Part shown: in pieces, positions 1 to 9,892 of the stretch | How positions within the stretch are numbered: position 1 is the stretch's first letter | Layout of the letters: each line of letters starts with the position of its first letter | Virus record (IMG/VR): IMGVR_UViG_2767802080_000001 | Location: 1 to 64,000 of that record | DNA length: 64,000 bases | Reading direction: 5' to 3' (one strand) | Origin: a virus | Lineage: Duplodnaviria > Caudoviricetes | Notes under the pieces: generated by a model | Database searches by the model: none | Told to the model about the DNA's origin: nothing | The model's input: only the letters and a program-made list of their open reading frames with translations | Program-made: the position numbers and the translations under genes

Positions 1-1824
1 ATGGCGTACGTAACTCCCCGGAAGAACAAGGACGGCGCAGTCACCAGCCATCAGGTGAAGTGGCGCCTGGGCGGCCGCCGTGACGGCCCGCAGCAAGTCG
101 AACTCTTCGACCCCGACGAGGCAGGGCTGGAGGCGGCGCGGACCTTCAGGGACGCCGTCAACGAGGCGAGCCAGCAATGGCCTGCAGGGTGGGTGAAGGG
201 TAAGGGCTTCATCGACGAGCAGGCCGAGCTGGAGGACGAGCGATATCGGTTCCGGATCTTCGCCCGGGCCTCGGTGGAGAATCGCACGGGGATTGAGGAG
301 CACTACCGGCAGGCATGCCTCCGTGAGCTGGATCGGTGGATCTTCCCGACCTTCGGCGAGTGCGACGTCCGGTCGACGGAGCACTTTTCCAGCGACACCG
401 TGCGCGCATGGGTGCGCACCCTCGAGCAGGCGCGGGTGTACAAGGGGCAGGCGCCGAAGCGGGGTGAGCCGAAGTGGCGGAAGATGTCGCCCAAGACCAT
501 CCGGAACCTGCACGGGCTGCTCAGCAGCATTCTCCAAGAGGCGGTGACGAGGGAGCCGCCGCTCCGGACCCGCAACCCGTGCGAGCTCACGCGCCTGCCC
601 CGGGCCGACGACGACGGCGCGGAAGGCAGCGAGGACATCGAGTTCCTCACCCCCGAAGAGGTCGAAGGGGTGATCTCCTGCCTTGAGCTCCGCTCCGACC
701 AGCTGCTGGCGACGATCAAGTACGGCACGGGGATGCGCTGGTCGGAGATCACCTGTCTGGCGCCCGTGTGCCTGGAGAACTGGGGCGCGGCCAAGCCGAG
801 CATCCGGGTCAAGAGGGCGTGGAAGCGCGACGGCCACGGCGGGTACTACATCGGCGCCCCGAAGACGAAGCGCGGGCGCAGGAGCGTGCGCGTCTCGCTC
901 ACCGTGGTCGGGGCCGTCGACGAGCTCGGCGGCGGCGACCAGGAGCAGCCGGACCGGCTGTACTTCACGGGGGCGCAGGGGCAGCGCCTGCACTACTCCA
1001 CCTTCTACGACCGGTGGCAGCGTGCCGTGCGACGGGCGAAGGCACAGGGGCTGCTGCCGCTGCACAAACACCCGACGCCTCACGACCTGCGGCACTCGCA
1101 CGCCGCGGTGCTGATCTCGGAGGGGCGCGGGCTGACCTACGTGCAGCGGCGCCTGGGCCACGAGTCCATCAAGACCACGTCGGACACGTACGGGCATCTG
1201 CTGCCGGAGGCCGACGACGACGCCATGGACGCCATCGAGCGGTCGCTCGGCCGGGGCTCTGCCGGGGCCGGGGCCGTGGTCGTGGAGGAGCAGACGGCGA
1301 ACCGTGACCGCGTGTACGTGGTCGCCTTCCCCGGCGATCACGTGGAAGCGTTCTGGAACCCGGACGACGCGAGCGCGGTGGCGGAGCAGTGGCCCCTCGA
1401 CCACCCGGAGGTCGACGAGGGCGTGCAGGTGCAGGTCCTCACCACGGACTGGTGGCGCCGACAGCAGACGGATGGGCTGAAGGACGTGCGCGAGGGTCTG
1501 CCAGGGCGCAGGCAGCTGTGGGTGGGCTCCGCGCTCTACATGACCGACGGCGCGGCGTTCTCTACCGGGGCCGACCTGGAGGAGGTCGCGGCACGGTGGG
1601 CGTGGGAGTGGGAGGAACACTACGACGTCGCCGGTGCAGTGGCCGAGGTGTCGCACTTGCCGGGCCCGACGATGCTCACGGAGGCCGTGGTGCACGGCAG
1701 CGACAGGGAGCAGGTGGTCGAAGCGTTCGCGCGGGCGAGGGGGGACGCGCTCGCCATCTGCGGCCGTCATCCCGGCATCGTGCGGGAGGGCCGACAGGGG
1801 GCGTCTGCTGAGGGCAGCTCATGA
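1..1824 (+). CDS. int: Tyrosine integrase with ~190-aa C-terminal extension
   Basis: GMRWSE (Arg), PKTK, HDLRHSHA (HxxR), LGHESIKTTSDTYGH (His, Tyr). Confidence 0.95.
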   Translation: MAYVTPRKNKDGAVTSHQVKWRLGGRRDGPQQVELFDPDEAGLEAARTFRDAVNEASQQWPAGWVKGKGFIDEQAELEDERYRFRIFARASVENRTGIEEHYRQACLRELDRWIFPTFGECDVRSTEHFSSDTVRAWVRTLEQARVYKGQAPKRGEPKWRKMSPKTIRNLHGLLSSILQEAVTREPPLRTRNPCELTRLPRADDDGAEGSEDIEFLTPEEVEGVISCLELRSDQLLATIKYGTGMRWSEITCLAPVCLENWGAAKPSIRVKRAWKRDGHGGYYIGAPKTKRGRRSVRVSLTVVGAVDELGGGDQEQPDRLYFTGAQGQRLHYSTFYDRWQRAVRRAKAQGLLPLHKHPTPHDLRHSHAAVLISEGRGLTYVQRRLGHESIKTTSDTYGHLLPEADDDAMDAIERSLGRGSAGAGAVVVEEQTANRDRVYVVAFPGDHVEAFWNPDDASAVAEQWPLDHPEVDEGVQVQVLTTDWWRRQQTDGLKDVREGLPGRRQLWVGSALYMTDGAAFSTGADLEEVAARWAWEWEEHYDVAGAVAEVSHLPGPTMLTEAVVHGSDREQVVEAFARARGDALAICGRHPGIVREGRQGASAEGSS

Positions 1825-1957
1825 CGCGGTGGCGTCCTGTGTCCTCATCGACCTGGACCGGCGCCGAGGGGGCAGCTCCCGCGGAGTATGCGGTCTGCTG
1901 CGGGGTGCGGAGCGGGCGAGGGGCCCGAGGGCTGGGGGCCTCCGAGGAAGAGGGTGT

Positions 1958-2560
1958 CTAGCTCTCGCGTACGGCGCGCACGACGGAAAGGGGAGGAGGC
2001 ATGTTGCGCTGTTGCTCGGCGGGGGGAGGGGTTCCACTTCGTCTGCTCTTCACCGGGGACAGCTCGGGGGCTGTCCCGTCGGTGCTGGGCGCAAAGCGGC
2101 AGGCGCCATCGATGAGTGCCTGCATCACGAGGCGGTTGTGGGCGGCGTTGACTTCGTCGTAGTCGACGCGCAGCCCGTCATAGCGCTGGCGTACATCGGC
2201 CAAGTCGTTGAGGGTCCGGTCGAGGCGGTCGGACAGGCTGCGCAGGCGGAGCTCGGCGACCTGTTCGCGGCAGTCGGCAGCCTTCTCCCGTTCGGTGATG
2301 ATGCGTTCGCGCTGGGTGAGGTCGTCCTCGCGCTGCGCGTGCCGAGAGGCGAGGCTGGCGAAGGCTTCTCGCGTGCGCTGGTCCTGCTGGTGGATCCAGC
2401 GCCTGAGGGTGGTGACGGCGACTGTGGTGACGCATAGGACGGGCAGAATACTGGTCGCGGTGTCGGCCCAATCATGGCGAGTTCCGACCGCTGTGAGGGC
2501 GGCGCCACTGGTGAAGGCGCTGGCTGCAACAGCGAGATTTGGACGACTCGCTGGCGTCAT
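1958..2560 (-). CDS. Membrane-anchored coiled-coil protein, immediately downstream of the repressor gene
   Basis: Two N-terminal hydrophobic segments then a charged heptad region; starts 4 nt after the repressor stop. Confidence 0.7.
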   Translation of the reverse strand: MTPASRPNLAVAASAFTSGAALTAVGTRHDWADTATSILPVLCVTTVAVTTLRRWIHQQDQRTREAFASLASRHAQREDDLTQRERIITEREKAADCREQVAELRLRSLSDRLDRTLNDLADVRQRYDGLRVDYDEVNAAHNRLVMQALIDGACRFAPSTDGTAPELSPVKSRRSGTPPPAEQQRNMPPPLSVVRAVRES

Positions 2561-2564
2561 AGTG

Positions 2565-3008
2565 CTACCCCCTTGCTACGGCATCGCCCCCGTTCGTGCC
2601 GCCTGTCTCGTTCTGTAGTCGGAGTGCCTGCTCGATCGACGCGATCAGCATGGCGCGGACCATGGGCGCAGTGACGCCGAGAAGGTCCGCCACCGCCTCC
2701 GGGGTGGGCGGATTGGTGACAGAGCGTACAGGCGGATTTGTGCATGTGTGCTCCCCTTCGGAGGGGAGAATTCCAGCCTCGACGAGGAGCTGCCTGGTGG
2801 GGACCCCGACGGCGGCGGCAATCCGCTGGTAGCTGGCGGGTTCGGGGAGGGTCTCGCCGCGCACCATGCGGCCGATGGCCGAGGCGCTCATTCCCGTGGC
2901 CTCGGCGAGTCGTACTCGGCCGGTACCTCGTCGCTCCATGTCGTATCCGGCCTTCGCGGCGAGTCGCGAGACGAGCTCGCCAAAGCGCACCGCGGTGTCG
3001 TTCGGCAT
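2565..3008 (-). CDS. XRE-family HTH immunity repressor
   Basis: RLAEATGMSASAIGRMVRGETLP HTH; divergent from the Cro-like gene; start taken at MPNDT with GGAGG upstream. Confidence 0.85.
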   Translation of the reverse strand: MPNDTAVRFGELVSRLAAKAGYDMERRGTGRVRLAEATGMSASAIGRMVRGETLPEPASYQRIAAAVGVPTRQLLVEAGILPSEGEHTCTNPPVRSVTNPPTPEAVADLLGVTAPMVRAMLIASIEQALRLQNETGGTNGGDAVARG

Positions 3009-3078
3009 GGTCGGGGGCACCTCCGGGTGTGGCCGTGTGGGGGATTCCTTGCTCCGCATACGCGTGAGGCTAGCGCGC

Positions 3079-3287
3079 GCACGTGCACGACGGGACAGCG
3101 TGCACGCGTGCACGAAGCGCAGGTAGGCGGCCAGATGCGCAATCCGTGCAGGCAGCGCGAGCGGGTGCGCGGGGCGCACGCCCATTTGTAACACCATTCA
3201 CGTTCTTCGTGTCTTGCCTTGTGTGCACGCGTGCACGCGATCTAGATTGTGCACGCATGCACGCACGTAAGCGTGCATGCGTGCACA
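3079..3287. promoter_or_regulatory. Immunity switch operators, GTGCACGCGTGCAC-type palindromes
   Basis: CGTGCACGCGTGCACG 3099-3114; GTGCACGCGTGCAC 3223-3236; 17-bp perfect inverted repeat 3248-3264/3271-3287 made of two variant boxes. Confidence 0.75.
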
Positions 3288-3301
3288 GAGAGGAAGGTTC
3301 C

Positions 3302-3529
3302 TTGCTCCATCTGGATACGGACGTCCTCAAGGCCAAGGCGAAAGAGGCCGGTCACCTCACGCACGAGCAGATCGCCGCGCATGCCGGCATCGACCGGTCC
3401 GCGGTCTCGCGGTTCTTCGCCGGGCGGTCGACGCCGAGCCTGCCCACCGTGGTCAGCCTGGCCCGCGCGTACGGGCTGATGCTCGACGACCTCGTGCCCG
3501 CCCCGGCGGCGGACGAGGTACCGGCGTGA
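3302..3529 (+). CDS. Cro-like HTH regulator
   Basis: THEQIAAHAGIDRSAVSRFFAGRSTPSL HTH; TTG start after GAGGAAGG. Confidence 0.85.
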   Translation: MLHLDTDVLKAKAKEAGHLTHEQIAAHAGIDRSAVSRFFAGRSTPSLPTVVSLARAYGLMLDDLVPAPAADEVPA

Positions 3530-3840
3530 AGGCGGGGCTGGGGGCGCGCCCGCACTGCACGTGCGGGGCGGTCCAGAACTTCGACTACGAAGAGGCGGCC
3601 CGGCGGCTCGGTTGTACGCCGCGCTTCCTCCAGGACCGGATCAAGGTCTTGGTCCACCAGAAGTACGGCCAGTCCGTGGCCTTCTGTGACTGCGAGCTCC
3701 GCCTGATTCAGGCGACGTTCACGGTCACCCCGGCGGGGGCGTCCGCGCCCGCTCCGCAGGAGGGCGCCGCTGTTGCGTCCACTCTCCGCTCCATCAAGCC
3801 CGCCCGTCGACGGGGCAGCGCCATCGCTGCCACCGGCTGA
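3526..3840 (+). CDS. Excisionase-like HTH DNA-binding protein
   Basis: FDYEEAARRLGCTPRFLQDRI HTH_17-like; GTGA overlap with cro. Confidence 0.65.
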   Translation: MKAGLGARPHCTCGAVQNFDYEEAARRLGCTPRFLQDRIKVLVHQKYGQSVAFCDCELRLIQATFTVTPAGASAPAPQEGAAVASTLRSIKPARRRGSAIAATG

Positions 3841-3925
3841 CGGCGGCCGGGGCTGCACGGGCCGTGCTGGGCCCGCCTGGCCCCGACCACCAGGCACACC
3901 TCAACACCATGGAATCGAGGGAACC

Positions 3926-4288
3926 TTGAAGCCAAACCCTACCCCCGAGCAGACGGCGGCCGCCGCGCTCGTCAAACTCCTGGAAGCCGCTCCCGGCCTC
4001 GGCGCGATCACGTGGACCGTGGGCCAGACGCCGGGCGTCCTCAACGGCCATCTGGTCGCCGACACCCATGACGGCGAGCTCGTCGACACCTGCGCCGAGA
4101 TCATCGGCGGGACCCCGTTCCGCTCCGTGATGAGCCGGGGCGGTGACCGGCAGGGCGTGATTCAGCTCGTCGGCACCTATGAGGGCGTGCAGATCCAGGT
4201 GTGGGCCAGCTACCCCATGTCCGCCCCGGTCGGCCGTGCCCAGAGCGACCAGCTGCGCAAGCTCCTGGCGGACGGGGAGGCGCTGTGA
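3926..4288 (+). CDS. Hypothetical phage protein
   Basis: GC3-biased ORF with RBS, coupled to next gene. Confidence 0.65.
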   Translation: MKPNPTPEQTAAAALVKLLEAAPGLGAITWTVGQTPGVLNGHLVADTHDGELVDTCAEIIGGTPFRSVMSRGGDRQGVIQLVGTYEGVQIQVWASYPMSAPVGRAQSDQLRKLLADGEAL

Positions 4289-4446
4289 TCCACCTGATCT
4301 CCACTCTCATCCTGGCCGCCATCGCCGTGTGCGTCGTCGTCCTCCCGGCCGCCGTGGTGGCCAGCCGTACGGAGACCGACCGGACCCCTGAGGTGACCCT
4401 CCCGGGCCAGCGTGACCGTCGCGCCGGACGGGGTGGTGCGGCATGA
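4285..4446 (+). CDS. Small membrane protein
   Basis: GTGA overlap; hydrophobic N-terminus. Confidence 0.6.
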   Translation: MIHLISTLILAAIAVCVVVLPAAVVASRTETDRTPEVTLPGQRDRRAGRGGAA

Positions 4447-4589
4447 GCGAGCGCAAGCACGACCCCAAGCGCTGCACCCTCTGCGCGCCGCTGCGCCACC
4501 CCTCCCAGGCACGCACCCGCCGCGCCCTGCGCGAGGGATCGCTGACGTGCCAGACCCGCACGAACGGCGAGAACGGGGGCTCCAAGTGA
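4443..4589 (+). CDS. Small CxxC protein
   Basis: MSERKHDPKRCTLC; overlaps both neighbours by 4 nt. Confidence 0.5.
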   Translation: MSERKHDPKRCTLCAPLRHPSQARTRRALREGSLTCQTRTNGENGGSK

Positions 4590-5416
4590 GGAAGGGCAGG
4601 AAGGTGGTCTTCACTGACCACACCAAGGTGGCCGCAGTCGCGCGTGCTCTGCCCGGCAAGTGGACGCCCGTGGGCGTGTACGGGGGCGTTCAGTCCGGCC
4701 ACAGCGTGGCCCGGTGGATCCGTCAGGGCCGCATCGAGCAGTACGCGCCGCAGGGCGCCTTCGAGGCGTACGGGGCGACGTGCGACGACGGCACGGCCGT
4801 GTGGGTGCGCTACGTCGTCGGCGTCGACGTCGAGCCGCTCCCGAAGGTCATCAACGTGCGGGTGCCCGACTACGGCACTCAGGTCGGCTACGAGGGCGTC
4901 GCCATCTGCACGGTAGAGATCTCGTCGACCTGCCCGCGCTGCGGTGAGCCGCGCGGCCCGGTTCGCCCCGACCCGTTCGTCCACGACGGTCAGCGCCTCG
5001 TGCGGGATCAGTGGACGAACCCGTGCGGCCACGTGGACCAGTACTCCGAGGTGATCGCTGAGGCCCGGCGCCACTGGGGCCGGGGGCGCACGCGCCCGCC
5101 GCACCGTAAGGGCCGCGACCTGCGCGGCGTCGAGGGCGGGGCTTTCACGGCGGCGGTCGACATCATCGCCGCGCAGCTGGCCGACAAGCCGTATCTCCGG
5201 GCCTCAGCCGCCGCTGACCTCCTGGATGGCCAGGGATACAGCGTGGCCGCTCAGGTCGTCCGGGCCTACGCCCAGTCTCTCGGGTCCAGGAACACGTCGG
5301 CGCGGTCGGCCGCGGCCTACCTCATTGAGCGGGACCAGCGCGCACTCGGCTTCAGCGAGCACCCCATCTCCTTTCTCGGCCAGCAGGCCACGACGCAGGA
5401 GGACGACGACCAGTGA
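4586..5416 (+). CDS. Hypothetical protein with Zn-ribbon-like motif
   Basis: CPRCG...NPCGH; coupled start and stop. Confidence 0.7.
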   Translation: MRKGRKVVFTDHTKVAAVARALPGKWTPVGVYGGVQSGHSVARWIRQGRIEQYAPQGAFEAYGATCDDGTAVWVRYVVGVDVEPLPKVINVRVPDYGTQVGYEGVAICTVEISSTCPRCGEPRGPVRPDPFVHDGQRLVRDQWTNPCGHVDQYSEVIAEARRHWGRGRTRPPHRKGRDLRGVEGGAFTAAVDIIAAQLADKPYLRASAAADLLDGQGYSVAAQVVRAYAQSLGSRNTSARSAAAYLIERDQRALGFSEHPISFLGQQATTQEDDDQ

Positions 5417-5649
5417 CCGGGCCTGAGCACTACAAGGAAGCCGAGCGCCTCGCCCTCCTGGCGGGGAAGCACACGGAGCCGCTGGACGCGCTCGTGCTCG
5501 CCGTCCGCGCGCTGACCGAGGCGCAGCTGGCCAACGCCGCTGCGACGGCGCTCAACGACAACCACAGCCACGAGGGCGGCATGCCGATGGGCGATCTCCA
5601 TGCCTGGCGGCAAGCGGCCTCGGTCGAAGAGAAGAAGGGCAGCAGCTGA
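5413..5649 (+). CDS. Hypothetical phage protein
   Basis: Coupled ORF MTGPEHYKEAERL. Confidence 0.7.
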   Translation: MTGPEHYKEAERLALLAGKHTEPLDALVLAVRALTEAQLANAAATALNDNHSHEGGMPMGDLHAWRQAASVEEKKGSS

Positions 5650-6707
5650 TGAGCACTGTGCAGACCGAGATCCCGATGCCGTCGGCCTCGCTGCCGGAGG
5701 CGCCCGCGGCCCGGCTGCTGCTGTCCGCCGACGCCTCGCGCGAGGAGTGGGAGGCCGCCCGGCGCGAGGGGATCGGCGGCTCGGACGTCGCCGCGCTCCT
5801 GGGCCTGGCAGGGCGGTACGCGAGCCCCCGGCATGTGTACGAGGAGAAGCACGGCCGTCCGACGTTCCGCGAGACGGAGGCGGCGGAGATCGGCCGCGAG
5901 ATCGAGGACTTCATCGCCTCCATGTTCGCGAAGCGGTCCGGCCTGACGGTCGCCACACCGCCGGGGACGCTGCAGAGCGTCGAGCGGCCGTGGATGCGGG
6001 CGAACGTCGACCGGTACGTCCTCGACGAGAGCGGCCGGGTGGTCGCCCCGCTGGAGTGCAAGAACCGGTCGGAGTACCAGGCCGACGAGTGGGAGGACGA
6101 GGTTCCGGACGCGCCCGCGATCCAGTGCCACTGGTACATGGCCGTGGGCGGCTGGGACCACGCCTATGCGGCCGCGCTCGTCGGCGGCAACAAGCTGCGC
6201 TGGCACCGCATCGAGAGGGACGAGGAGATCATCGGCGAGCTGGTGGACCACTGCGGACAGTGGTACCAGCGGCACATCGTCGAAGGCTTCCCGCCCCCGG
6301 CTGACGGCCTGGAGGCGACGACGAGCCTCCTGGCCCGGCTGTGGCAGGTGCAGCCGGAGAAGGTCGCCGACGTCGAGCTGGCGCGCGCGGCCGAGCTGCG
6401 CCGGGCCCGGGCCGCGCTGAAGGACGAGGAGAAGGCCCTCGCCGACCGGCTGCGCGCCGTCGAGAACGAGATGCGCCTGCTGACCGGCGACAACGAGATG
6501 GCGACTGCGGGCGGTAGGGCCGCCTGGTCGTGGAAGGCCAACGGCAGTTTCGCGTCTCGGCGGTTCCGCGAGGAGATGCCGGAGCTCGCCGCCGCGTACA
6601 CCAGCCCGCTGCCCGCCCTCGACGTCGACCGCCTCAAGGCCGAACAGCCCAAGATCTACGACCAGTTCCGTGCCCGCGTGCTGCGCGTGCCCGCGAAGGG
6701 GGCCTGA
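5649..6707 (+). CDS. YqaJ-like (lambda-exonuclease family) recombination nuclease
   Basis: REEW..ARREGIGGSD, ANVDR, LECKN, IQCHWYM motifs. Confidence 0.93.
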   Translation: MSTVQTEIPMPSASLPEAPAARLLLSADASREEWEAARREGIGGSDVAALLGLAGRYASPRHVYEEKHGRPTFRETEAAEIGREIEDFIASMFAKRSGLTVATPPGTLQSVERPWMRANVDRYVLDESGRVVAPLECKNRSEYQADEWEDEVPDAPAIQCHWYMAVGGWDHAYAAALVGGNKLRWHRIERDEEIIGELVDHCGQWYQRHIVEGFPPPADGLEATTSLLARLWQVQPEKVADVELARAAELRRARAALKDEEKALADRLRAVENEMRLLTGDNEMATAGGRAAWSWKANGSFASRRFREEMPELAAAYTSPLPALDVDRLKAEQPKIYDQFRARVLRVPAKGA

Positions 6708-6709
6708 CC

Positions 6710-7711
6710 ATGTCGACGCTGAAGGACCGTATCCGTGCCGCGCGGCAGCCTGAGCCTGCCGCCCCGGCGGCCGCCGACGAGCACGACCAGGCGCCGGACG
6801 CCCCGGCCGAACTCGCCGACGTGCGCGGGCACCACGAGGTCGAGCCCGCGGTGAACCAGACGGCCATGGAGTGGCTGGCCCGCTACCGGGACGCGTTCGA
6901 GGAGGCCCTGCCCGCGCACGTCGACGGGGGCGCGTTCTTCGCGGCCGTGCGGGCCGCGCTGCCGGACCTGGTGCGCTGCACCCCCGCGAGCACCCTTCAA
7001 GCGCTGCTGGCCTGCGCCCGGTTCGGCCTGATCCCCGACGGGGTCCAGGCCGTCATCAAGCGCGAGGGCTGCCTCGCGGTGTTCGTGCCCATGTACCAGG
7101 GCTACATCGAGCTGATGTACCGGTCGGGCCTGGTGGAGTCGGTGCACGTCGGCGTGGTCCACGAGAGCGACGAGTGGACCTTCGAGCCGTCCGCTCCGGC
7201 CCCGCTGGACTTCGTGCACAAGGCGCGCCCCGAGCTGCCCAAGGCGGAGCGCGGGCCGGTGGTCCTGGCGTACGCGTTCGCATGGCTGCGCGGGGGCGCC
7301 CGCTCCCAGGTGATCGTCCTGTCCCGGGAGGACGCCGAGGAGATCCGCGACGAGTACAGCGAGGCCTACCGGCGTGCAGAGGAGTCGGGCACCCGCGACT
7401 CCTTCTGGCACACCGACTTCACGGCCATGTGGTCCAAGAGCGCGGTGCGACGGCTGGCCAAGGTCGTGCCGACGTCGGCTGAGCTGCGCGCGCTGGGCAC
7501 GGCCGAGGACGCCGGGGACGCGGGCGAGGTGCAGGTGCTGCACGCGCCGGACCCTGAGGCGGCGCTGCTCCTGGCGGAGGCCGACGCGGCCGCCGCTGCC
7601 TCCGAGGCGTCGCAGGATCCGGTCCCGTCCAAGGGGTCGGGGCGCGGGAGGGCGCAGCCGAAGCGGGTCTCTCGCCGGGAGCGCCGTGAGCGGCGGAGGT
7701 CGGCGCGGTGA
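6710..7711 (+). CDS. recT: RecT-family single-strand annealing protein
   Basis: CTPAS..ALL.CARFGL.P, MYQGYIELMYRSG, MWSKSAVRRLAK; adjacent to YqaJ. Confidence 0.92.
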   Translation: MSTLKDRIRAARQPEPAAPAAADEHDQAPDAPAELADVRGHHEVEPAVNQTAMEWLARYRDAFEEALPAHVDGGAFFAAVRAALPDLVRCTPASTLQALLACARFGLIPDGVQAVIKREGCLAVFVPMYQGYIELMYRSGLVESVHVGVVHESDEWTFEPSAPAPLDFVHKARPELPKAERGPVVLAYAFAWLRGGARSQVIVLSREDAEEIRDEYSEAYRRAEESGTRDSFWHTDFTAMWSKSAVRRLAKVVPTSAELRALGTAEDAGDAGEVQVLHAPDPEAALLLAEADAAAAASEASQDPVPSKGSGRGRAQPKRVSRRERRERRRSAR

Positions 7712-8442
7712 CCCGGACCTGGCACAGCTGGCACAGCAGGCCCCTGGTGGGCTTCGACCTGGAGACGACGGGCACCGACCCGGAGAGCGACCGCATCGTG
7801 TCGGCCGCCGTCGTCCGCTGGGGCGGCGGCAAGCCGACTGAGTCCCTCACGTGGCTGGCTGACCCCGGGGTGGAGATCCCGGCCCAGGCCACGGCCATTC
7901 ACAAAATCACGACCGAGGCGGCCCGCTCTGCGGGCCGCCCGGCCCCCGACGTGATCGAGGAGATCACTGAGGTGCTCGCCGACGCGGTCGCCGAGGGTCT
8001 GCCCATCGTCGTCATGAACGCGAGCTACGACCTGACGCTCCTCGACCGCGAAGCACGCCGCCACGGCACGGCCCCGCTGTCCATCCGATCGGCGCCCCGC
8101 GTCCTCGACCCGAAGGTCCTGGACAAGGAAGTCGACCGCTACCGGCGCGGGAAGCGGACGCTGTCGGCCCTGTGCGAGCACTACGTGGTGCCGCTGGAGG
8201 GCGCGCACAACTCGGAGGCCGACGCGAAGGCGGCCTGCGCGGTGACGTGGAAGATCGCCAAGCGGTACTGGTGGCTGACCACCAAGTACAGCCTCGGCGA
8301 GCTGCACGACGCGCAGGTGCGGTGGGCCCGTCGGCACGCCGAGGGGCTGCGCGACCACTACGCGTCGTCGGGGCAGCACGAGCGGGCGGCGGACGTGCGC
8401 CTGGACTGGCCGCTCTCTCCCGCCGGTGGTGGACCCCGGTGA
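7708..8442 (+). CDS. DnaQ-like DEDDh 3'-5' exonuclease
   Basis: FDLETTG, MNASYD, AHNSEADA. Confidence 0.93.
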   Translation: MTRTWHSWHSRPLVGFDLETTGTDPESDRIVSAAVVRWGGGKPTESLTWLADPGVEIPAQATAIHKITTEAARSAGRPAPDVIEEITEVLADAVAEGLPIVVMNASYDLTLLDREARRHGTAPLSIRSAPRVLDPKVLDKEVDRYRRGKRTLSALCEHYVVPLEGAHNSEADAKAACAVTWKIAKRYWWLTTKYSLGELHDAQVRWARRHAEGLRDHYASSGQHERAADVRLDWPLSPAGGGPR

Positions 8443-9380
8443 CCTTCACCGTCCACACGGCTGCCGCCCGGGCCGTCGAGCCCGGGCGGCAGCCCGGCAC
8501 GGGCGCCGCGCGCCCCGCCGTCGAGCCGTACGCGGCCTTCGAGGCGGGGGAGGCGGACGCCGTCGAGATCCGTTGGTGCCAGCTGGAGGGAGGGGACCGG
8601 CCGCACGCCGTCGACGTGTCCGGTGCCCTCCGCTGCTGGACCTGTACCACGAGGGCAGATGTCATGAGTTTCGCGTTTCAGGCAGCGTCGGTGCCCGAGC
8701 CGTTCGGGCCGCTGTACGTACGCCCCGGTCAGCCCGACTGCCCCAACTGCCAGTGCTGCACGGAGGCATTGTGCGAGCGCGGCCGGTCCCACCTCATGGG
8801 CTGCGTCGCGCACGTGGACAAGGAGCACACGTCTGTGGTGACGGGCTGCCCGTGCTCGTCCATGCAGACGCGGGGCACGCTGGCGTTCCGGGTGGCGGCG
8901 ATCCGGGCGGTACGGACCGCGCTGGAACGGCCGTTGGGGGACGTGGCGGAAGACCTGCTGCGCGCCCTGGCGGACGGCACGCCGCTCCGTGACCCGGGCG
9001 GCATCATGCCGCAGCTGGCCGCCCTGAACTTCGTGCAGTTTCACGGCAGGCGCCCGGGCCTGACCGACTTCGGGGCGCTGTACCTGGAGGCGTGCACGGA
9101 GCCGCGGCACGCGACGCCGCTGGTCGTGCACGACGTCGACCTGACGAAGCGGACAGCGCAGGTGACGGTGGCCGCCTGGTCGACGACGGCGCGCGTGACG
9201 GTGCCGCTGGACCAGCTGACGTACGAGACCGGCCTGGTCGGGCAGGAGCTGGTCGACGTGCCGCTGGAGTGCTACGTCAACGTCGCGGCGGCCGAGGCGG
9301 ACATGGTCGTCGTCACCAACATCAGCACCGTGACGGCCCCGGCCGCGGTCGTCGACGAGAGCGCCGGGGGCGAGCGGTGA
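8439..9380 (+). CDS. Cys-rich hypothetical protein (alternative start 8664)
   Basis: CPNCQCC...C...CPC cluster; coupled to neighbours. Confidence 0.65.
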   Translation: MTFTVHTAAARAVEPGRQPGTGAARPAVEPYAAFEAGEADAVEIRWCQLEGGDRPHAVDVSGALRCWTCTTRADVMSFAFQAASVPEPFGPLYVRPGQPDCPNCQCCTEALCERGRSHLMGCVAHVDKEHTSVVTGCPCSSMQTRGTLAFRVAAIRAVRTALERPLGDVAEDLLRALADGTPLRDPGGIMPQLAALNFVQFHGRRPGLTDFGALYLEACTEPRHATPLVVHDVDLTKRTAQVTVAAWSTTARVTVPLDQLTYETGLVGQELVDVPLECYVNVAAAEADMVVVTNISTVTAPAAVVDESAGGER

Positions 9381-9892
9381 AAGGGCCGGGCGGGATCGAG
9401 TGGCCCGAGCCCGCGCTCACCATCACCGTACGCGGGGTGCCGGGGCCACAGGGCAGCAAGACCCACGTGGGCGGCGGCCGCATGATCGAGTCGTCGGCGA
9501 AGGTCAAGCCGTGGCGTGAGTGCGTCGCCTGGATGGCGATCCAGGCCCGGCAGAAGGCGCGCGGGCGCACCATCACGGGGCCGGTCGCGCTCGCGGTCAC
9601 TTTCTCCCTGGAGCGCCCCCGGAGCCACTACGGCAACGGCCGGAACACGGCCACCGTGTTGCGGCCGTCGGCGCCCGCACGGCCGGACCGCAAGCCGGAC
9701 GTGAGCAAGCTGATCCGGTCGACGGAGGACGCGCTGACGACGGCGCTCGTGTACCGGGATGACGCGCTGGTCGTCGAGTACTGGAGGCTCGGCAAGTACT
9801 ACGTGAGCGATTACGGCCAGGTCTTCGACGTCCTCGACACCCCTGGCGCCGTGATCCGCGTGTGGCCCCTGGGCGAAGGGGGCGCGCGGTGA
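9377..9892 (+). CDS. rusA: RusA Holliday junction resolvase
   Basis: GVPGPQGSK, KPWR, KPDVSKLIRSTEDAL...YRDDA. Confidence 0.9.
   Translation: MKGPGGIEWPEPALTITVRGVPGPQGSKTHVGGGRMIESSAKVKPWRECVAWMAIQARQKARGRTITGPVALAVTFSLERPRSHYGNGRNTATVLRPSAPARPDRKPDVSKLIRSTEDALTTALVYRDDALVVEYWRLGKYYVSDYGQVFDVLDTPGAVIRVWPLGEGGAR

Noticed and set aside
1-60. attL site
   Set aside because: The window begins at the integrase ATG, so no flanking sequence or att core is visible
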